Shown: one piece after another, positions 56,521 to 58,226 of the stretch | Position numbering within the stretch: the stretch's first letter is position 1 | Layout of the letters: every line of letters begins with the position of its first letter | Source of the DNA: an uncultured Lentisphaeria bacterium | Lineage (GTDB): Bacteria > Verrucomicrobiota > Lentisphaeria > Victivallales > UBA1829 | Direction of reading: 5' to 3' | DNA: 58,226 bases | NCBI GenBank assembly: GCA_937900075.1 | Contig: CALCCZ010000102.1 | Location: 1 to 58,226, forward strand | Program-made: the position numbers and the translations under genes | Notes under the pieces: generated by a model | What the model was told of the DNA's origin: nothing | The model's input: the letters and a program-made list of their open reading frames with translations, nothing else | The model's database searches: none

Positions 56521-57858
56521 TCATACGAATCTGCCGATGGTACATTTTCTGCAATCGCAGGATAATTTTTCGCACCATGTTTTATAAATGTGAATGACGC
56601 CCTGCTGTGCAGCTGCGGTATGGAAGACAGCTTCTCTGCCGGGGAAACAAAGTTCGACGGCGCGCCGGATCACGGTATTGGAATCAGTTTTGGGCAAAGC
56701 GGTAAAGAACGACTCCACAGCGGCACTCTGACGCAAATCGCCATTCATACCGGAAAATGCATGCATAGCGGGAATCAACACATCTGCAAGCAATTGCAGG
56801 ATACGTCCGCGTCCGAATAAAGCGACCGGTGTCTTCCGTTCGGGTGCGACAAAAGACGTATGTGTGAGCCAGAACGGATCCGTCTGCGGGATTTTCTCCA
56901 GGAACAGCGCAACGGCTTCTTTTTCCGGATTTGCCATGAGGATATCGAGCATCTTCGGAAGCGGATTTTCCCCGTACTCGTCGATAAACGCTGTCAGCAT
57001 CGCCAGACGCCGTTCGATACTATTGACCGGCCGTGCCCTGCGAATAAACTGCAAAGGTTCCGAATACATGCGCCGGACCGCCCACCAATCATTCCAAAGA
57101 GAGCAGACGATTTTTCTGGAATCATCCGGGAGTTCGGTTTTAGCGGGATCCGGCAGACAACCGGATTCTCCCCAGATCAGGACTTTGATATATTTTTTCC
57201 GGATATCTTCCGGATAAGCCAGTATGCGTTCCGCCAAGGCACGGAACGATGTGCGGTTTTCCGGGACTCCCAACTGTTCGAAAAGTTTCAGCAGAACAGT
57301 TTCCGCAGTACCGCGTTCAATCATGTCCGCCAGAAGGATATTGGCTTTCTGTTTCATCCGGTCCAGTCCGGCATCCCGGGCAAAATTCAAAAGTGTTTCA
57401 TCGGAAAGACGTTCGAAAAAAGCGGAACAGATTCCGGTGGTATTCGTGTTCTCCTGTTTTGCTTTATATGTGGACGGGAGGATATAAACGGGCACTGCGG
57501 GCAATCCGGGCGCTGCGGAAGGGATAATATCATCCGCGCCCAGCACATGTAAAATAACCTGTTGATAGGCGACATCACTGGTATGACCGTGTCTCACCCA
57601 GTCGGCAGCCCGGAAATGAACTTCCACATCACCGGTAACCTCTTTGCCGTCGATTTCCAGTTTAGCATTCAGGAAATCGGGACCTGCCGCATGGTTCCAG
57701 ACACCGCGTGAAATCACTTTCAAAGCGCTCCCGCCGGACCGCAGCGGCAATTTGATTCCAAGTGGAACGGTATTCCACATGGCTTGCAGGGCATCTTCAT
57801 AAAAGACAGCCGGTTCCATCAAAAAAGAACAACTGCCGGATGCGTTTTCCATATCCAT
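56521..57858 (-). CDS. DUF2851 family protein
   Basis: GPDFLNAKLEIDGKEVTGDVEVHFRAADWVRHGH...VILHVL matches the DUF2851 signature as I recall it. Confidence 0.75.
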   Translation of the reverse strand: MDMENASGSCSFLMEPAVFYEDALQAMWNTVPLGIKLPLRSGGSALKVISRGVWNHAAGPDFLNAKLEIDGKEVTGDVEVHFRAADWVRHGHTSDVAYQQVILHVLGADDIIPSAAPGLPAVPVYILPSTYKAKQENTNTTGICSAFFERLSDETLLNFARDAGLDRMKQKANILLADMIERGTAETVLLKLFEQLGVPENRTSFRALAERILAYPEDIRKKYIKVLIWGESGCLPDPAKTELPDDSRKIVCSLWNDWWAVRRMYSEPLQFIRRARPVNSIERRLAMLTAFIDEYGENPLPKMLDILMANPEKEAVALFLEKIPQTDPFWLTHTSFVAPERKTPVALFGRGRILQLLADVLIPAMHAFSGMNGDLRQSAAVESFFTALPKTDSNTVIRRAVELCFPGREAVFHTAAAQQGVIHIYKTWCEKLSCDCRKCTIGRFV

Positions 57859-57961
57859 AATCTTGCCTTAAAAAAACAATTCAGTTATCGTCTTTGCTGC
57901 ACTGCGGGCAAATCGCGGGAGAGTTATCCGCACTCCAGCTCCGCAAGAAGGGTCTTCTGCA

Positions 57962-58226
57962 TCAGTCGGGCATCCCCACGGTGACCTCCTCGTGGTCACC
58001 CTCGCGATAGGTGTCGACGGAGAAGCCGTCATAGTACAGGCGGCCGTCCTCACCCTTGCCGAGGCAGCTGGGGGCGTAGTCGGTGGAAACAGGCTCACCG
58101 ATGGCGGCGATGAGCTCGTCCACGCTCTCGCCCTCGAGAGCCTTGGCGGTATCGGCGGCAGAGGGTGCGGCCTCCTGCGCGGGTTCTGCGGGCTGTACGG
58201 GCTGTACGGGCTGCGCTGCGGGCTCG
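57962..58226 (-). CDS. 3' end (87 codons + TGA) of a high-GC gene running in from beyond the window; not in the ORF track
   Basis: Reverse strand reads ...EPAAQPVQPVQPAEPAQEAAPSAADTAKALEGESVDELIAAIGEPVSTDYAPSCLGKGEDGRLYYDGFSVDTYREGDHEEVTVGMPD*, stop TGA at 57964-57962. Nearly all third codon positions are G/C. The track lists only a different-frame 76 aa ORF here. Confidence 0.7.
   Translation of the reverse strand, partial: EPAAQPVQPVQPAEPAQEAAPSAADTAKALEGESVDELIAAIGEPVSTDYAPSCLGKGEDGRLYYDGFSVDTYREGDHEEVTVGMPD

Noticed and set aside
57868-58098. 76 aa track ORF at the high-GC end
   Set aside because: It is in the wrong frame. The adjacent frame on the same strand is open to the window edge, has a strong GC3 bias and gives a plausible protein sequence ending at 57962.

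Overview
58.2 kb, densely coding chromosomal segment at roughly 50% G+C. It comes from a diderm, glycan-degrading bacterium. Gene content (WaaA, LolC/E+LolD, many glycoside hydrolases and esterases, two proteins with FTLIEI-type prepilin N-termini, DUF2851, DUF523) suggests a PVC-group (Lentisphaerota/Verrucomicrobiota-like) gut organism; this placement is inference only. I support about 50 protein genes, one tRNA-Ser(GGA), several intrinsic terminators and a few sigma70-like promoters. Housekeeping genes: waaA, arfB, obg, rpmA, rplM-rpsI, argC, pyrF, lolD, an RpoD-like sigma factor. Carbohydrate loci: (1) SGNH esterase, GHL6-like, GH2 and PTP-like phosphatase on the + strand; (2) uxaB-uxaA, BNR sialidase-like and GH95-like on the - strand; (3) a class-III aminotransferase, FGGY kinase, amidohydrolase and AraA-family isomerase operon; (4) YchJ, YhcH, HydE-like radical SAM and GH20-like. 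Most notable non-genic signal: a modular repeat family fills at least six intergenic regions, and every copy lies in the same orientation. Its modules are a TATAGGTCC tandem, CACAATCACGAAWA, CTATCCCCTATCC, a TGCATAACGTTCGC hairpin and TTTTTTCACAGATAT. It is most elaborate at 54.15-54.69 kb, which holds two tandem structured units, and 55-nt direct repeats bracket an HTH / four-helix-bundle / tRNA-Ser cassette. Other items: an AT-richer island (8.7-11.5 kb) carries an ORF6N/PLD-like gene, a glycine-zipper protein and a tiny Cys/Pro/Lys-rich secreted peptide, with its distal 1.7 kb flanked by two copies of one ~54-nt terminator. There are two GGQ (release-factor-like) proteins and an AMP-ligase/carrier/PlsC tri-domain fusion. 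At ~57.9 kb the composition jumps abruptly into a high-GC partial gene absent from the ORF track, which may be an assembly chimera or foreign DNA. No CRISPR array, transposase, integrase or rRNA was seen. All functional calls rest on motif recognition by eye; no database search was run.
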